A stretch of DNA of 64,000 nucleotides from Syntrophaceae bacterium (GTDB lineage Bacteria; Desulfobacterota; Syntrophia; Syntrophales; Smithellaceae), in contig WRPE01000005.1 in assembly GCA_009773315.1 (NCBI GenBank), positions 23,842-87,841 of the forward strand, in the 5' to 3' direction. Positions within the stretch are counted from its first letter, which is position 1, and the number at the start of each line of letters is the position of its first letter. Below are positions 46,773 through 56,680 of the stretch, piece after piece. The position numbers and the translations under genes are program-made. The notes under the pieces were generated by a model. It worked only from the letters and a program-made list of their open reading frames with translations, searched no databases and was not told where the DNA came from.

Positions 46773-47426
46773 TTAAAAATAGAACTGAACACCCGCCTGA
46801 ACAGCATGGGTTTGAATGGGATCCCCATGGAGGGGTACCCCGCCTGTTTCAAAATCCGGGCCGCTCATTCCCATGAAACGGTATCCCAGAAGCAGTCGCC
46901 ATGCGTCAGAAAGGGCGTAGGAAACGCCGGTCATGAGTTTGTATGTAAAGAGCTTATTGCTGCCATTGGTCGGAGGGAAACCGGCCAGAGTGATATCATG
47001 GGCCTCGAAAAGGACGACGCCCAGTCCTGCTCCCACATACGGCCTGAGTTTGACACCGGTGGGGATGTCATAAAATAAATTCATCGTCGCTCCCCACAGG
47101 TCATAGTAACCCGACATATCGCCGCCACCTCCGGCGAAACGGATGTCTTTCACATCATTCCGGCCGTACATGACCTCTCCTTCAACCCGGAAATCACTGT
47201 ATCGATACCCCAGGCCTCCGCCGATTCCAACGCCCCATTTTGTCTTGGTCTCAGCAGGTGAAAGGCCCGGCGAGGTGGTTTCTACAGAAAAAGGGTAAAC
47301 GGCGGACGGGGTAAACGAGAGGTAAAACCCGGTTGGCGGGGCATCCCCCTTTCCCTGACCAGCCCACAACACCCCTGTCGTCAACAAGACAAGAAGCCCC
47401 GACATGACAATCACATAGATTCTCAA
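46773..47426 (-). CDS. outer-membrane beta-barrel protein (OmpA/Opa-like)
   Basis: Signal peptide, FRVEGE, NLFYD, RPYVGAGLG, terminal YF. Confidence 0.85.
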   Translation of the reverse strand: MRIYVIVMSGLLVLLTTGVLWAGQGKGDAPPTGFYLSFTPSAVYPFSVETTSPGLSPAETKTKWGVGIGGGLGYRYSDFRVEGEVMYGRNDVKDIRFAGGGGDMSGYYDLWGATMNLFYDIPTGVKLRPYVGAGLGVVLFEAHDITLAGFPPTNGSNKLFTYKLMTGVSYALSDAWRLLLGYRFMGMSGPDFETGGVPLHGDPIQTHAVQAGVQFYF

Positions 47427-47522
47427 AACTTTCTTCTCGCTTTCTTTATATAAAAAACGTTCGCCTTCGCTTCACCCGGTGGAGACAATGCGATGCATTA
47501 CTTGTCTTCAGAGATTGTGATC

Positions 47523-48107
47523 CTAACCTGTCTTGAATATTCCTTCCATGGCAATTTCAACAATGCTTTTTCTCGATGAAGGAAATTCCCGTTCCTGGAG
47601 ATATCCGGGCAAATCTTCTTTTTTGCCTTTTTTGCCCACTGCGATCATGGCCTCAACCTGATATTCATCCGATATGCGCAAGACTTCTTTTGCCTTGTCA
47701 TAATCAAAACCCTGCATACCATGAACCACTAAGCCTTTCAACGATCCCTGCAAGGCAAGACTGACCCAGGCAGCGCCTGTATCATATGTATGAGTGCGGG
47801 CGGGTTTACCGGAATCAAAAGTGGTTTTGGAAATCACAACGATCAGCGCGGCAGCGTTTTTTGCCCAGACTTGATTTCCTTCGTTCATCAGGTTAAAAAA
47901 TGTATCCCAGTGCGGAGTATTTCTGCGTGCATAGATAAAACGCCAGGGCTGATTATTGTTGGCTGATGGCGCCCAGCGCGCCGCTTCAAAGAGCGACAGG
48001 AGCGTTGCCTCATCGATTTCCTCGCCGGACATCGCCCGGGGAGACCAACGGCTGAGAAAGAGTTCATCAACATCATTTTCCCGTTTTCTAAAATCATGAA
48101 TGTTCAT
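47523..48107 (-). CDS. nitroreductase family protein
   Basis: RWSPRAM, AARWAPSANNNQPWRF, YDTGAAW, HGMQGFD. Confidence 0.92.
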   Translation of the reverse strand: MNIHDFRKRENDVDELFLSRWSPRAMSGEEIDEATLLSLFEAARWAPSANNNQPWRFIYARRNTPHWDTFFNLMNEGNQVWAKNAAALIVVISKTTFDSGKPARTHTYDTGAAWVSLALQGSLKGLVVHGMQGFDYDKAKEVLRISDEYQVEAMIAVGKKGKKEDLPGYLQEREFPSSRKSIVEIAMEGIFKTG

Positions 48108-48152
48108 AAATCACCTCTTTTTTTCATGGGTTTCTGTTATCTAAATATTTTT

Positions 48153-48242
48153 TTATAGCTGCTTGATTTTAAATGGATTTCATCCAGCCGGTTCCAGCAG
48201 CGCGGCAATACCTTTGAGCATTCTGACGACTTTTTCTTTCAT
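48153..48242 (-). pseudogene. DNA polymerase X N-terminal remnant
   Basis: MKEKVVRMLKGIAALLEPAG*NPFKIK resembles the PolX opening (IA.LLE..GENPFK.RAY), with an internal stop. Confidence 0.5.
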
Positions 48243-48332
48243 GATCATGGACTTTTAAAAATAATTGAGGCGGTGCTTGACATTCTGGTTTGAAAACTAT
48301 ATAAAGCTCAACTTACTTAAACGGCCAACGAC

Positions 48333-48408
48333 GTCCCCATCGTCTAGTGGCCTAGGACACGGGCCTTTCACGCCTGTAACCGGGGTTCGACTCCCCGTGG
48401 GGACGCCA
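48333..48408 (+). tRNA. tRNA-Glu(TTC)
   Basis: GTCCCCATCGTCTAGTGGCCTAGGACACGGGCCTTTCACGCCTGTAACCGGGGTTCGACTCCCCGTGGGGACGCCA. Confidence 0.97.
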
Positions 48409-48415
48409 AGATAAT

Positions 48416-48455
48416 AAAAAAGGCAAACTGAATTTTTCAGTTTGCCTTTTTTATT
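48416..48455. terminator. bidirectional intrinsic terminator
   Basis: aaaaaaggcaaactgaa...ttcagtttgcctttttt between tRNA-Glu and a convergent ORF. Confidence 0.85.
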
Positions 48456-48461
48456 GGGAGA

Positions 48462-48866
48462 TTATTCCGCCGGGGCTTCTTCTTTCTTTTTGCGAGGCTT
48501 CTTCGGAGCATCCCCTGCGGCTGCTTCAGCGGATTTCTTTTTGGGATCTTTTTCACCACCCGCTGCTTTCTTCTTCGGCTTGGATTCTTTTTCCGGCGCG
48601 ACCTTGGCTTCCTTCGGCGCGGATTTTTCCGCCAGTTTCTTTTCTTTGGCCTGCTTCAATTCTTCGATCTTTACCGTTTTCTTATCAAAAGCGGCGATAC
48701 GAATATTCGTTTCCCTGATTTGCGATTTCAGATTTTTCACAAGAGGATCACTCTTTGTTTTTTCGCTCGCGACCCCTTGTCCGGCTAGTTTCGAGAGCCG
48801 CAGTTCCAGTTTCTTTTCTAATACTCGGCGTTGCTCGAGTCGCACGTCCTTATTTTTTGATGCCAT
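48462..48866 (-). CDS. Lys/Ala/Glu-rich hypothetical protein
   Basis: Good RBS (GGGGAGG), helical N-terminus, low-complexity basic tail. Confidence 0.75.
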   Translation of the reverse strand: MASKNKDVRLEQRRVLEKKLELRLSKLAGQGVASEKTKSDPLVKNLKSQIRETNIRIAAFDKKTVKIEELKQAKEKKLAEKSAPKEAKVAPEKESKPKKKAAGGEKDPKKKSAEAAAGDAPKKPRKKKEEAPAE

Positions 48867-48964
48867 TTTATCCTCCCTGAAATTTTAAAAATAAAATTGA
48901 ATTGCACGGGAAAATAGCAATATTTTCATTGGAAAGCCATAAATATTTTCAGAAATCGTACTTG

Positions 48965-49050
48965 GAGAATCTAAAACTTCCCTGATTTTGGCAGACAGGG
49001 CTTTCAACAGAAACGGGTTGGGCATAAATTCCCGGTAACCCTGCTCCAAG
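48965..49050 (-). pseudogene. C-terminal fragment of a receiver domain
   Basis: ILEQGYREFMPNPFLLKALSAKIREVLD resembles the FIQKPF...LS.KIREVLD end of hybrid-kinase REC domains. Confidence 0.45.
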
Positions 49051-49137
49051 ATGATGGAGCCCTTTATGTTAATACCTTTGTAAACAAAGAAACGACCGCC
49101 AATCATTGCCGCGATTGCCGTCCTTGCGCCTGGTAAT

Positions 49138-50301
49138 TCATCTTAGCCGCAACAAACCAATTGTCTCAATATGCTCAGTTTGTGCAAACATATCAAAAGA
49201 TTGAAGGATTTGCAGATCGTAGCCATGCTCGTTCAAAAACTTTACATCCCGCGCCTGCGTGGCCGGATTACAGGAAACATAAATAATATCCTTTGATTCC
49301 AAGCTGGAAATTGCGGTAAGCGTCTCCGGGCTCAAACCGGTGCGCGGCGGATCAAGAATGATTAAATCGACTGCATCCTTTTTACCGATCTGGTCTTTCA
49401 GCACCTCTTCAATATCACCGCAGATAAACTCCGCGTTCAGTATCGCGTGTCTTTTGGCATTTATCCGCGCAAACTTGACAGATTTTTCATTGATTTCGAC
49501 GCCAACCATACGCTGGGCATAAGGCGCCAGAAAAATCGAGAAAAGACCGGAACCACAGCAGGCGTCAATAATGGTCCCTCTTTTTTTTTCGCCGGCGAGA
49601 CTGCAAACCTCTGCCACCATCCGGTCTGTCAAATACAAATTAGCTTGAAAAAAACCCGTACGGGGGACAAGAAATTCCCGGCCCTTTACCACACGCACGA
49701 TGGCCTCATCGGTATAGCCCGCCGGTCCAGACCAAAATATCAAATCATCGTTATCGAATGAAATATCGCCTTTTCTCCTTGTATGTTGAATCTGTTCATT
49801 GATGGTTTCATCCATAATATCGCAGCGTTCAATATCCACGATTCTGCCGCCGGAAACATCCATAAAACCAAACTGGAAACCTCCGGCCGTTTTTGCGGCA
49901 TGAAGCTGAGCCTTACCCCGATAGCCATAAATCCGAGGGGAATGAATGACCGCACTGCCCTGCGGCTGTAACATCCCACCGATTCTTGAAAAGGCTTCCG
50001 CAACCTGCTTTTGTTTGATTTTCAGCTGATATTCATAATCGATATGCTGATAGGAACAGCCGCCACACCGGCCATAATAACGGCAAAGCGGCTCCGTCCT
50101 TTGCGGTGACGGCTCGATGATTTTCAGCAACCGTCCCCGGGCAAATTTTTTCTTGCGCTCAACGATTTCAACCTCCACGATATCCTCAGGCGCAGCGAAA
50201 GGCACAAAAATAACAAACCCGTCCAGGCGCCCGACACCGTGACCGCCAAAAGCAACGGATTCAATTTCCAGAGTGAAACGATCTTTAATCTGCATAATCA
50301 T
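49138..50301 (-). CDS. rlmD: TRAM-domain 23S rRNA m5U methyltransferase (RlmD-like)
   Basis: TRAM N-terminus, CRYYGRCGGC, FFQAN, DPPRTG, YVSCNP, DMFAQTEHIE. Confidence 0.85.
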   Translation of the reverse strand: MIMQIKDRFTLEIESVAFGGHGVGRLDGFVIFVPFAAPEDIVEVEIVERKKKFARGRLLKIIEPSPQRTEPLCRYYGRCGGCSYQHIDYEYQLKIKQKQVAEAFSRIGGMLQPQGSAVIHSPRIYGYRGKAQLHAAKTAGGFQFGFMDVSGGRIVDIERCDIMDETINEQIQHTRRKGDISFDNDDLIFWSGPAGYTDEAIVRVVKGREFLVPRTGFFQANLYLTDRMVAEVCSLAGEKKRGTIIDACCGSGLFSIFLAPYAQRMVGVEINEKSVKFARINAKRHAILNAEFICGDIEEVLKDQIGKKDAVDLIILDPPRTGLSPETLTAISSLESKDIIYVSCNPATQARDVKFLNEHGYDLQILQSFDMFAQTEHIETIGLLRLR

Positions 50302-50540
50302 CCTGTCTCATCCCATATCGTATACCATTTCGATTTCAAAGGATAACGCGGCGGCAAGGAGAAGGCTCCGCAAGCGTATTATTAATACGCTGAGGAAGCC
50401 GACGACGCGGCCAACAAAGTTAGCCAAAGAAAGCGAATTGGTATTATATTCAAACGCCGGAGTCAAGAAAGGTCGTATTTTTCTTTACAACGCGATCTAT
50501 TGTTGTTAATTAAATCCCACTAAAAAATCATAAGGAATTC

Positions 50541-51383
50541 ATGATGTGCGCTCAAAGAAACTCCATTTTGTGCCCCAACTGCCGCAAACTGATCAGTCTG
50601 GACGAACCGGCCTGCCCCTATTGCGGGCTCGTCCGTCCCGGCTTGCATGAAACCGCGGGGAAGCTTCGCAATATCCTTTTCGCCTTTGAACCGGTTAAAA
50701 CAATCATCACTGTCAATATCGCTTTTTTTGTCCTGTCTTTGCTTCTGGATCTGGGCGGAATTTTTGCAGGAGGCAGTCCTTTTAGTTTCCTGTCCCCGTC
50801 CAATCAAAGCCTTTTGAGTTTAGGGGCAAGCGGCGCCATCCCTTTCTTTCTATATCATAATTACTGGAGCCTCTTTGCTGCTTCGTTTCTGCACGGCGGG
50901 ATTTTACATATCGTTTTTAATATGATGGCGCTTTATCAGCTCGGACCGTTTGTTCTGCGCGAATTCGGCCTCCATCGCTTCATGAACATCTACATTCTAA
51001 CCGGCGTTGTCGGTTTTGCCGTTTCCGTGCTGGTCGGCGTCCGCTTTACGATCGGCGCGTCAGCCTCCATTTGCGGGCTGATCGGCGCAATTATTTATTT
51101 TGGGAAAAGCCGCGGCGGATCTTACGGAGAAGCCATCTTCAAACAAGCGCTGGGCTGGGTGGTCGGCCTGATCATCTTCGGATTCATCTTCAGCGGCATC
51201 AATAACTGGGCACATGGCGGCGGGCTTCTGTCGGGGCTGCTTATGGCATATCTGATGGGTTACAACGACCGGAAGCCGGAAAGCGCCTGGAGTAAAATTC
51301 TGGCTTACGCCTGCGCCTTCATCACCGCCGGCGTTTTAATCTGGGCGATTGGCTCTTCGATCTACACTAAATTCATGGCGTAA
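50541..51383 (+). CDS. rhomboid family intramembrane serine protease with N-terminal zinc ribbon
   Basis: CPNC...CPYC, FLHGGILHIVFNM, GASAS, NWAHGGG. Confidence 0.92.
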   Translation: MMCAQRNSILCPNCRKLISLDEPACPYCGLVRPGLHETAGKLRNILFAFEPVKTIITVNIAFFVLSLLLDLGGIFAGGSPFSFLSPSNQSLLSLGASGAIPFFLYHNYWSLFAASFLHGGILHIVFNMMALYQLGPFVLREFGLHRFMNIYILTGVVGFAVSVLVGVRFTIGASASICGLIGAIIYFGKSRGGSYGEAIFKQALGWVVGLIIFGFIFSGINNWAHGGGLLSGLLMAYLMGYNDRKPESAWSKILAYACAFITAGVLIWAIGSSIYTKFMA

Positions 51384-51407
51384 ATATTGACAGATCAAAA
51401 ACCCTGA

Positions 51408-52601
51408 TTATGATAATTTTCGCACCAGCAATCCTTTAAGGTAGCGGCCTTCGGGATGTCCCAGACCCAACGGATGATCCGGCCCGGCTGTAAGTGTTGC
51501 CAGTAACTGCAAGTCGGCTTGCGCATCGCGCGCCGCCCCCTGCACAATTTTGTAAAATAAATCTTCTTCGATAAAATTGGAGCAGGAAAATGTCGCCAGC
51601 ATCCCGCCTCGGACCAGATGCTTCATCGCCTGCATGTTGATTTCCTTATAGCCGCGGGAAGCTTTAGTCACATCGCGTTTGGTTTTCGCAAATGCAGGTG
51701 GATCAAGGATGATCAGATCAAACCTTTCCTGCATATCTCTTAAATATTGAAACACATCCGCCTCGACCACCGGATGATCCCCTGTTGGAAAGCCATTGAG
51801 GCGCAGATGTTCCGAAGCGGCGGCACAGGCGGATTTGGAAATATCCAGAGAAACAACTTTTTTTGCCCCTCCCGCCGCCGAGTAAACTGAAAACGCGCCG
51901 GTATAGCAAAAACAGTTTAAAACGGTTGCGTCCTGAGACAGCGCGCCCAGCTTTTCTCTATTGCCGCGCTGATCCAAAAAGAAACCCGTTTTCTGCCCGC
52001 CGATAAAGTCCACGTCAAACAAATAACCATTTTCCAGCACCCGCACGGCGCCTCTCTGATCTTCGCCGTAAATAAACCCTTTGCGCTCTTCGATCCCTTC
52101 CAGCCCGCGCGAACGCCCGGCGCTCTGCTCGTAAATTCTCGCCGGCTTCAAATGGGAAATCAAGGCATCCATAATATTTTGTTTTTGCTTTTCCATGCCG
52201 GCAGTGGTGATGGAGACGGCCAGTGTATCCTTATAAACATCCACAATCAGGCCGGGACATCCGTCGCCTTCGGCATTGATGAGGCGATAGGCGTTGGTCT
52301 TTGCGTTGATGAGCCTCTGACGCAGCCGGAACGCAGCATGCACGCGCTCATCCCAGAAAGTCGCGTCAACAGCCTTGTCGCAATCCCGGCTTAAAACACG
52401 AAAGGATATGTCCGTCCGGCTATTGAAAAATCCCAACGCCAACATCTGGCCTCTGGAATCTTTTGCCAACACGACATCGCCATCAGACGGTTGACCCTGA
52501 ATCCCGGCAATCGCGCCGGAAAACACCCACGGATGCCCGCGCAGTAGCGCCGCTTCCCTGCCGCTTTTCAACATTATTTCAGGATAATTTATTTTTGCCA
52601 T
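51408..52601 (-). CDS. rlmI: 23S rRNA m5C1962 methyltransferase (RlmI family)
   Basis: GHPWVFSGAI, EGDGCPGLIVD, GQKTGFFLDQR, LDPPAF, TFSCS, YLK. Confidence 0.88.
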   Translation of the reverse strand: MAKINYPEIMLKSGREAALLRGHPWVFSGAIAGIQGQPSDGDVVLAKDSRGQMLALGFFNSRTDISFRVLSRDCDKAVDATFWDERVHAAFRLRQRLINAKTNAYRLINAEGDGCPGLIVDVYKDTLAVSITTAGMEKQKQNIMDALISHLKPARIYEQSAGRSRGLEGIEERKGFIYGEDQRGAVRVLENGYLFDVDFIGGQKTGFFLDQRGNREKLGALSQDATVLNCFCYTGAFSVYSAAGGAKKVVSLDISKSACAAASEHLRLNGFPTGDHPVVEADVFQYLRDMQERFDLIILDPPAFAKTKRDVTKASRGYKEINMQAMKHLVRGGMLATFSCSNFIEEDLFYKIVQGAARDAQADLQLLATLTAGPDHPLGLGHPEGRYLKGLLVRKLS

Positions 52602-52668
52602 GACGGCCTATCTAGCTTTTCGTGCTTGAATTTGCAAGCCGGAATGTACTATATGTATGTTCAACCTT

Positions 52669-52717
52669 GTAGGGGCGAATAACCTAAAAAAGTTACACGG
52701 TAATTATTCGCCCCTAC
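52669..52717. repeat. GTAG-type REP-like palindrome
   Basis: gtaggggcgaataa...ttattcgcccctac. Confidence 0.7.
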
Positions 52718-52737
52718 TCATCATATGGAGAAAACAC

Positions 52738-53814
52738 ATGCATGCAGTCATCATGGCCGGCGGAAGAGGAACAAGATTCTGGCCCAGGAGTCGGGAGAAA
52801 AAACCAAAACACCTGCTGGATATTGTCAGCGACCGGACTATTATTCAAGAGACGGTTGACCGGATCAGAGAGTTGATCAAACCCAAAAATATCCTGATCG
52901 TCACGGGTAAAAAACATGCGCGTGAACTGATGAAACAAATGCCGGAAATCCCCGTGAAAAATATCATCATTGAACCCGTCGGCCGCAATACAGCTGCCTG
53001 CATCGGCCTGGCAGCGCTGCATATTCAAAAGAAAATGAAAGATGATATCATGGTCGTGCTGCCTTCCGATCACGCCATCGGCAACCCTGATAAATATCGA
53101 TCTGTGATCGCCACGGCGGCCCGGGCGGCCGAAAGTGAAGACGCGCTGGTCACCATCGGCATTCAACCCACCGGACCACACACCGGCTTCGGCTATCTCG
53201 AAGGGGGCAAAGCGGTCGGAAGCGTTGGAGGCGATGAAGTGCTGCACGTAAAGTCAATCCGGGAAAAGCCGGATCTTGCCCTAGCCCGCAAATTCGTCAA
53301 AAGCGGTAGATTTTACTGGAACAGCGGCATGTTTGTCTGGAAAGCGTCAACCATTCTGCGGGCAATCGAACAGTATTTACCGGATCTGCATTCAGGCTTG
53401 ATGACGATCAAAGGTTCACTGGGTACAGATTCCGAAGCTAAAACCGTATCCAGGGTTTATCTGCGGCAGAAATCCATCTCCATCGATTATGGCGTGATGG
53501 AAAAGGCTAAAAACGTCTTCGTCATTCCGGCCGAGTTCGGCTGGAGCGATGTGGGCAGTTGGGATGCGCTTTGGGATATCTCGAATAAAGACAATAAGAA
53601 GAACGCGCGAACCGGAAGCGGCATGGTCTTATTTGAAGACACGGAAGGCTCCCTGGTTTACAGTCCGGGCAAACTGGTGGCGTTGGTGGGCATGAAAGAC
53701 GTCATCGTGGTCGAAACGAAGGACGCACTTTTGGTCTGCAAGAGAGGACAATCTCAGAATGTCAAGAAAATCGTGGACGTGCTGGAAGCCCTCGGGCAAA
53801 CTCAGCTTCTCTGA
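52738..53814 (+). CDS. manC: mannose-1-phosphate guanylyltransferase
   Basis: IMAGGRGTRFWPRSR, EPVGRNTA, PSDH, EKP, WNSGMF, SIDYGVME, WSDVGSW. Confidence 0.92.
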   Translation: MHAVIMAGGRGTRFWPRSREKKPKHLLDIVSDRTIIQETVDRIRELIKPKNILIVTGKKHARELMKQMPEIPVKNIIIEPVGRNTAACIGLAALHIQKKMKDDIMVVLPSDHAIGNPDKYRSVIATAARAAESEDALVTIGIQPTGPHTGFGYLEGGKAVGSVGGDEVLHVKSIREKPDLALARKFVKSGRFYWNSGMFVWKASTILRAIEQYLPDLHSGLMTIKGSLGTDSEAKTVSRVYLRQKSISIDYGVMEKAKNVFVIPAEFGWSDVGSWDALWDISNKDNKKNARTGSGMVLFEDTEGSLVYSPGKLVALVGMKDVIVVETKDALLVCKRGQSQNVKKIVDVLEALGQTQLL

Positions 53815-54125
53815 TCTTCACCCGGAAAGACTTTCAGATAAACCGGCTTGCCCTTCACAGCAAAAGTTCCTTCCTGTAACGCTTTAATGATGACGTCAAG
53901 GCTCGTTCGTTCATCATCAAAAGCGATAATCAGAAGGTTCGGCTGTCTGGTTTGATGTTTTCTGACACCATCGATTTTTTTCAGGATAGAACCTATCCTC
54001 TCGCTTGCCCCTCAAGAAAAGCACTCAGGCACGGCCAATTGCACGACGCTTTCCGCCGCTTGGACGCCACTGGCCAAAAACACCAGAGAAATAAACACCA
54101 GGAAGGTACTCGATATTTTTTTCAT
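53802..54125 (-). CDS. predicted secreted selenoprotein with HMA/MerP-like fold (C-F-S-U motif)
   Basis: RBS GGAGAG; MKKISSTFLVFISLVFLASGVQA-AESVVQLAVPECFS[TGA]GASERIGSILKKIDGV...IAFDDERTSLDVIIKALQEGTF; SECIS-like hairpin 12 nt after the TGA. Absent from the ORF track. Confidence 0.8.
53983..53999 (-). promoter_or_regulatory. bacterial SECIS-like hairpin
   Basis: AGGATAG-GTT-CTATCCT; the loop starts with G, 19 nt after the in-frame UGA at 54012-54014. Confidence 0.7.
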
Positions 54126-54266
54126 AATCTCTCCACTTGGAACCGTTGTCTCGTCGCTATTCGCTTTTTAATTACGCCAAGTCGCCATAAGTTGCAACGG
54201 TAATTTACAATTGACAGGGTATCTTTTATCTGGAATAAAAACCTCAACAAAAAGAGAAAGAAAAAA

Positions 54267-54860
54267 ATGACTATTGCCTTATCGTTCCCCTTTATTTTGG
54301 CTTCTGCCTCGCCGCGCCGCAAAGAACTTTTACGTTCCGTGGGATTAAAGTTGAAAATTATTCCGGCTCATGTTGACGAAACACATCTTGACGGCGAAAG
54401 CCCGCAAACTCACGTTCGAAGGCTTTCGATTGACAAAGCGACGGTCATCGCCGATCAACATCCGAAAGCCCTGGTGCTGGGCGCGGATACGATCGTTGTG
54501 ATCGACAGCCTGATTTTGGGCAAACCCAAAAACAAAAGCCAGGCGCGGGCAATGCTGGAGCGATTAAGCAACCGTCAGCATATCGTCTTCACCGGCTTTA
54601 CAATTGTTTCAGCCGGTTCCGGGATATCAAAAACCAAAGTTGTCCGATCAGCCGTGCGATTTAAAAAAATAAGTCCAGAGGAAATGGACTGGTATGTCAA
54701 CTGCGATGAGCCCTACGACAAGGCCGGTGGTTACGCCGTTCAAGGTAAGGGCGCGTGTTTCATCAAGGCGATCCGCGGCTCCTATACCAATGTCATCGGT
54801 TTGCCGCTTTGTGAAGTTTTGGAAGAATTAAAACGAATTGATGCGGTTCATTTCAGGTAA
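54267..54860 (+). CDS. maf: Maf family nucleoside triphosphate pyrophosphatase
   Basis: ILASASPRRKELL, GADTIV, LGKP, DKAGGYAVQG, NVIGLP. Confidence 0.95.
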   Translation: MTIALSFPFILASASPRRKELLRSVGLKLKIIPAHVDETHLDGESPQTHVRRLSIDKATVIADQHPKALVLGADTIVVIDSLILGKPKNKSQARAMLERLSNRQHIVFTGFTIVSAGSGISKTKVVRSAVRFKKISPEEMDWYVNCDEPYDKAGGYAVQGKGACFIKAIRGSYTNVIGLPLCEVLEELKRIDAVHFR

Positions 54861-54866
54861 GTCATC

Positions 54867-55559
54867 ATGGAAACAGACATCAGATCCAATATCAGTTTAA
54901 TCCGGCAAAGAATTGAAGCCGCCTCAGCGCGCTCGGGACGCGATCCTCGAAGCGTCAGGCTGATGGCGGTGAGCAAAACCGTTGCCCTGGAGCGGATCCG
55001 AGAGGCTCTGGAAGCGGGCATCACATTACTGGGTGAAAATTACGTTCAGGAAGCCCGGGAAAAGATTCCCGCCATCGGTCACGCTGCCGAATGGCATATG
55101 ATCGGCCACTTACAAACCAACAAGGTTAAATACGTCGTCAACTTGTTTGACTGGATTCATTCCGTTGACCGCTTGGAACTGGCCCGTGAGCTGGACAAAA
55201 GAGCTGGGCAAAACAACCGTAGACTAAACGTTCTGATTGAAGTTAATGTCAGCGGAGAGGAATCCAAAAACGGCATGGAGCCCGACGCTGCGTTAGAACT
55301 TGTCAGGCAAGTTTCCCTTTTACCCAATATAAGCGTGCGCGGATTGATGACCATGCCGCCCTATTCCGATAACCCGGAAAATTCCCGCCCTTATTTTCAA
55401 GCGCTGCGCAAGCTGCGCGACGAAATCAGCGCCGCTGCTATTCCCAACATTCGCATGGACGAACTTTCCATGGGCATGACTGACGATTTTGAAGTCGCCA
55501 TTGAAGAAGGCACAACTATCATCCGCGTCGGCCGCGCCATCTTTGGAACAAGGTTATGA
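54867..55559 (+). CDS. yggS: PLP homeostasis protein
   Basis: MAVSKT, GENYVQE, WHMIGHLQTNK, GLMTMPP, LSMGMTDDF, IRVGRAIFG. Confidence 0.95.
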   Translation: METDIRSNISLIRQRIEAASARSGRDPRSVRLMAVSKTVALERIREALEAGITLLGENYVQEAREKIPAIGHAAEWHMIGHLQTNKVKYVVNLFDWIHSVDRLELARELDKRAGQNNRRLNVLIEVNVSGEESKNGMEPDAALELVRQVSLLPNISVRGLMTMPPYSDNPENSRPYFQALRKLRDEISAAAIPNIRMDELSMGMTDDFEVAIEEGTTIIRVGRAIFGTRL

Positions 55560-55576
55560 AAACCATGTAGATGATT

Positions 55577-56524
55577 TTAATATACCACATTTTCCTGCTG
55601 CTTTACCCACGTCTTCACGTCTTTTAATAAAGCTTTTCTGAATTCATCCGGCTCCAAAATCACGATATGCGGAATCCAGGACTTGAGGATGTCGCGGATA
55701 GACTCGTAGTTGCCTACTCGGAAGATGACGACAAGTGATCCATCAGGCTTGACTTCCCTGATCTCCTGAGTCGGGTACATCTTCCGCCGTCGAAAATAAT
55801 CACTGACGGCTCTGCCCACGAGAACGACAACTTCCAGATTACTCTCCTCTTCAAACCAGATATTAGCGCTTGACCGTAGTGCAGCATCAAGATTTTCCGG
55901 GAAAGCTTTGAAGCCCGCCTTTAATGATCTCAAATCACCGATCTTGTCCATGGCATAGCGCTTGTGTTTCCCGGAATCCGGCTCATTGCCGATGAGATAC
56001 CAGAAGCCGCTGAAGTAAACAACGCGGTAAGGCTCAAGATTGACGGAATGTGCGCCTTGCTTTGCAGCATACTGGAAGCTGACCTGTCTTTTCTCCCTGA
56101 TGGCCTTCACAATCCGGTTCAGCAGGGCACTGTCCAAGTGGACAGCATCATTAATCTTTACGAAAACCGGCATATTGGTGACACAGTCATACAGACTGTT
56201 CAGGACAGAATCGGCAGCATTCTGGAAAGGTTGCCCCAACTGCCCGACAATGTTCTTCAAGGCTACCACCAGGGCCAGCTCCGTGTCGTCAAAGACCTCA
56301 AGGTTCTTTACCAGGTCTTTACTCAACAGATAGTTGCCTTTCTGAATTTCATAGATAGGAAAACCGGATTCTTTAAGCAGCAAGAGATCACGCTGGATAG
56401 TCCGTGGGGTAGTCTGGAAGTATTCACTTAGCCAAGTGCTGGAGACCTTCTCCTTTTCCATGAAGATCCGAAGAATTTGTCCCAGACGGATCAGTTTTGT
56501 CTGCGCGTTGCGGTCACGGGTCAT
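55577..56524 (-). CDS. HTH-WYL-WCX transcriptional regulator
   Basis: RTIQRDL HTH, LEPYRVVYFSGFWYLIG, WIPHIVILEP. Confidence 0.92.
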   Translation of the reverse strand: MTRDRNAQTKLIRLGQILRIFMEKEKVSSTWLSEYFQTTPRTIQRDLLLLKESGFPIYEIQKGNYLLSKDLVKNLEVFDDTELALVVALKNIVGQLGQPFQNAADSVLNSLYDCVTNMPVFVKINDAVHLDSALLNRIVKAIREKRQVSFQYAAKQGAHSVNLEPYRVVYFSGFWYLIGNEPDSGKHKRYAMDKIGDLRSLKAGFKAFPENLDAALRSSANIWFEEESNLEVVVLVGRAVSDYFRRRKMYPTQEIREVKPDGSLVVIFRVGNYESIRDILKSWIPHIVILEPDEFRKALLKDVKTWVKQQENVVY

Positions 56525-56544
56525 GGTTTTTCTCCCTTCCCTTA

Positions 56545-56680
56545 AAGAAATAATATTATTCTGACAATAATAATGCGACGTACGGTTGTCGTTGTGACAT
56601 TGAACTATCAGAGATTATCGATTATGGTCAACTTAAAAAAGAAGAATTATTGACAAATCGTTAGTGAAATTTTATAGATA
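56545..56680. promoter_or_regulatory. divergent promoter region with candidate WYL operator
   Basis: aataatattatt palindrome (56549-56560), CGAC-N8-GTCG (56576-56591), TTGACA-N17-TATAGA on + (56650-56678). Confidence 0.45.

Noticed and set aside
48180-48182. Sec codon in the PolX-like stub
   Set aside because: It aligns to Glu of GENPF and the frame closes nine codons later; this is a decayed fragment.
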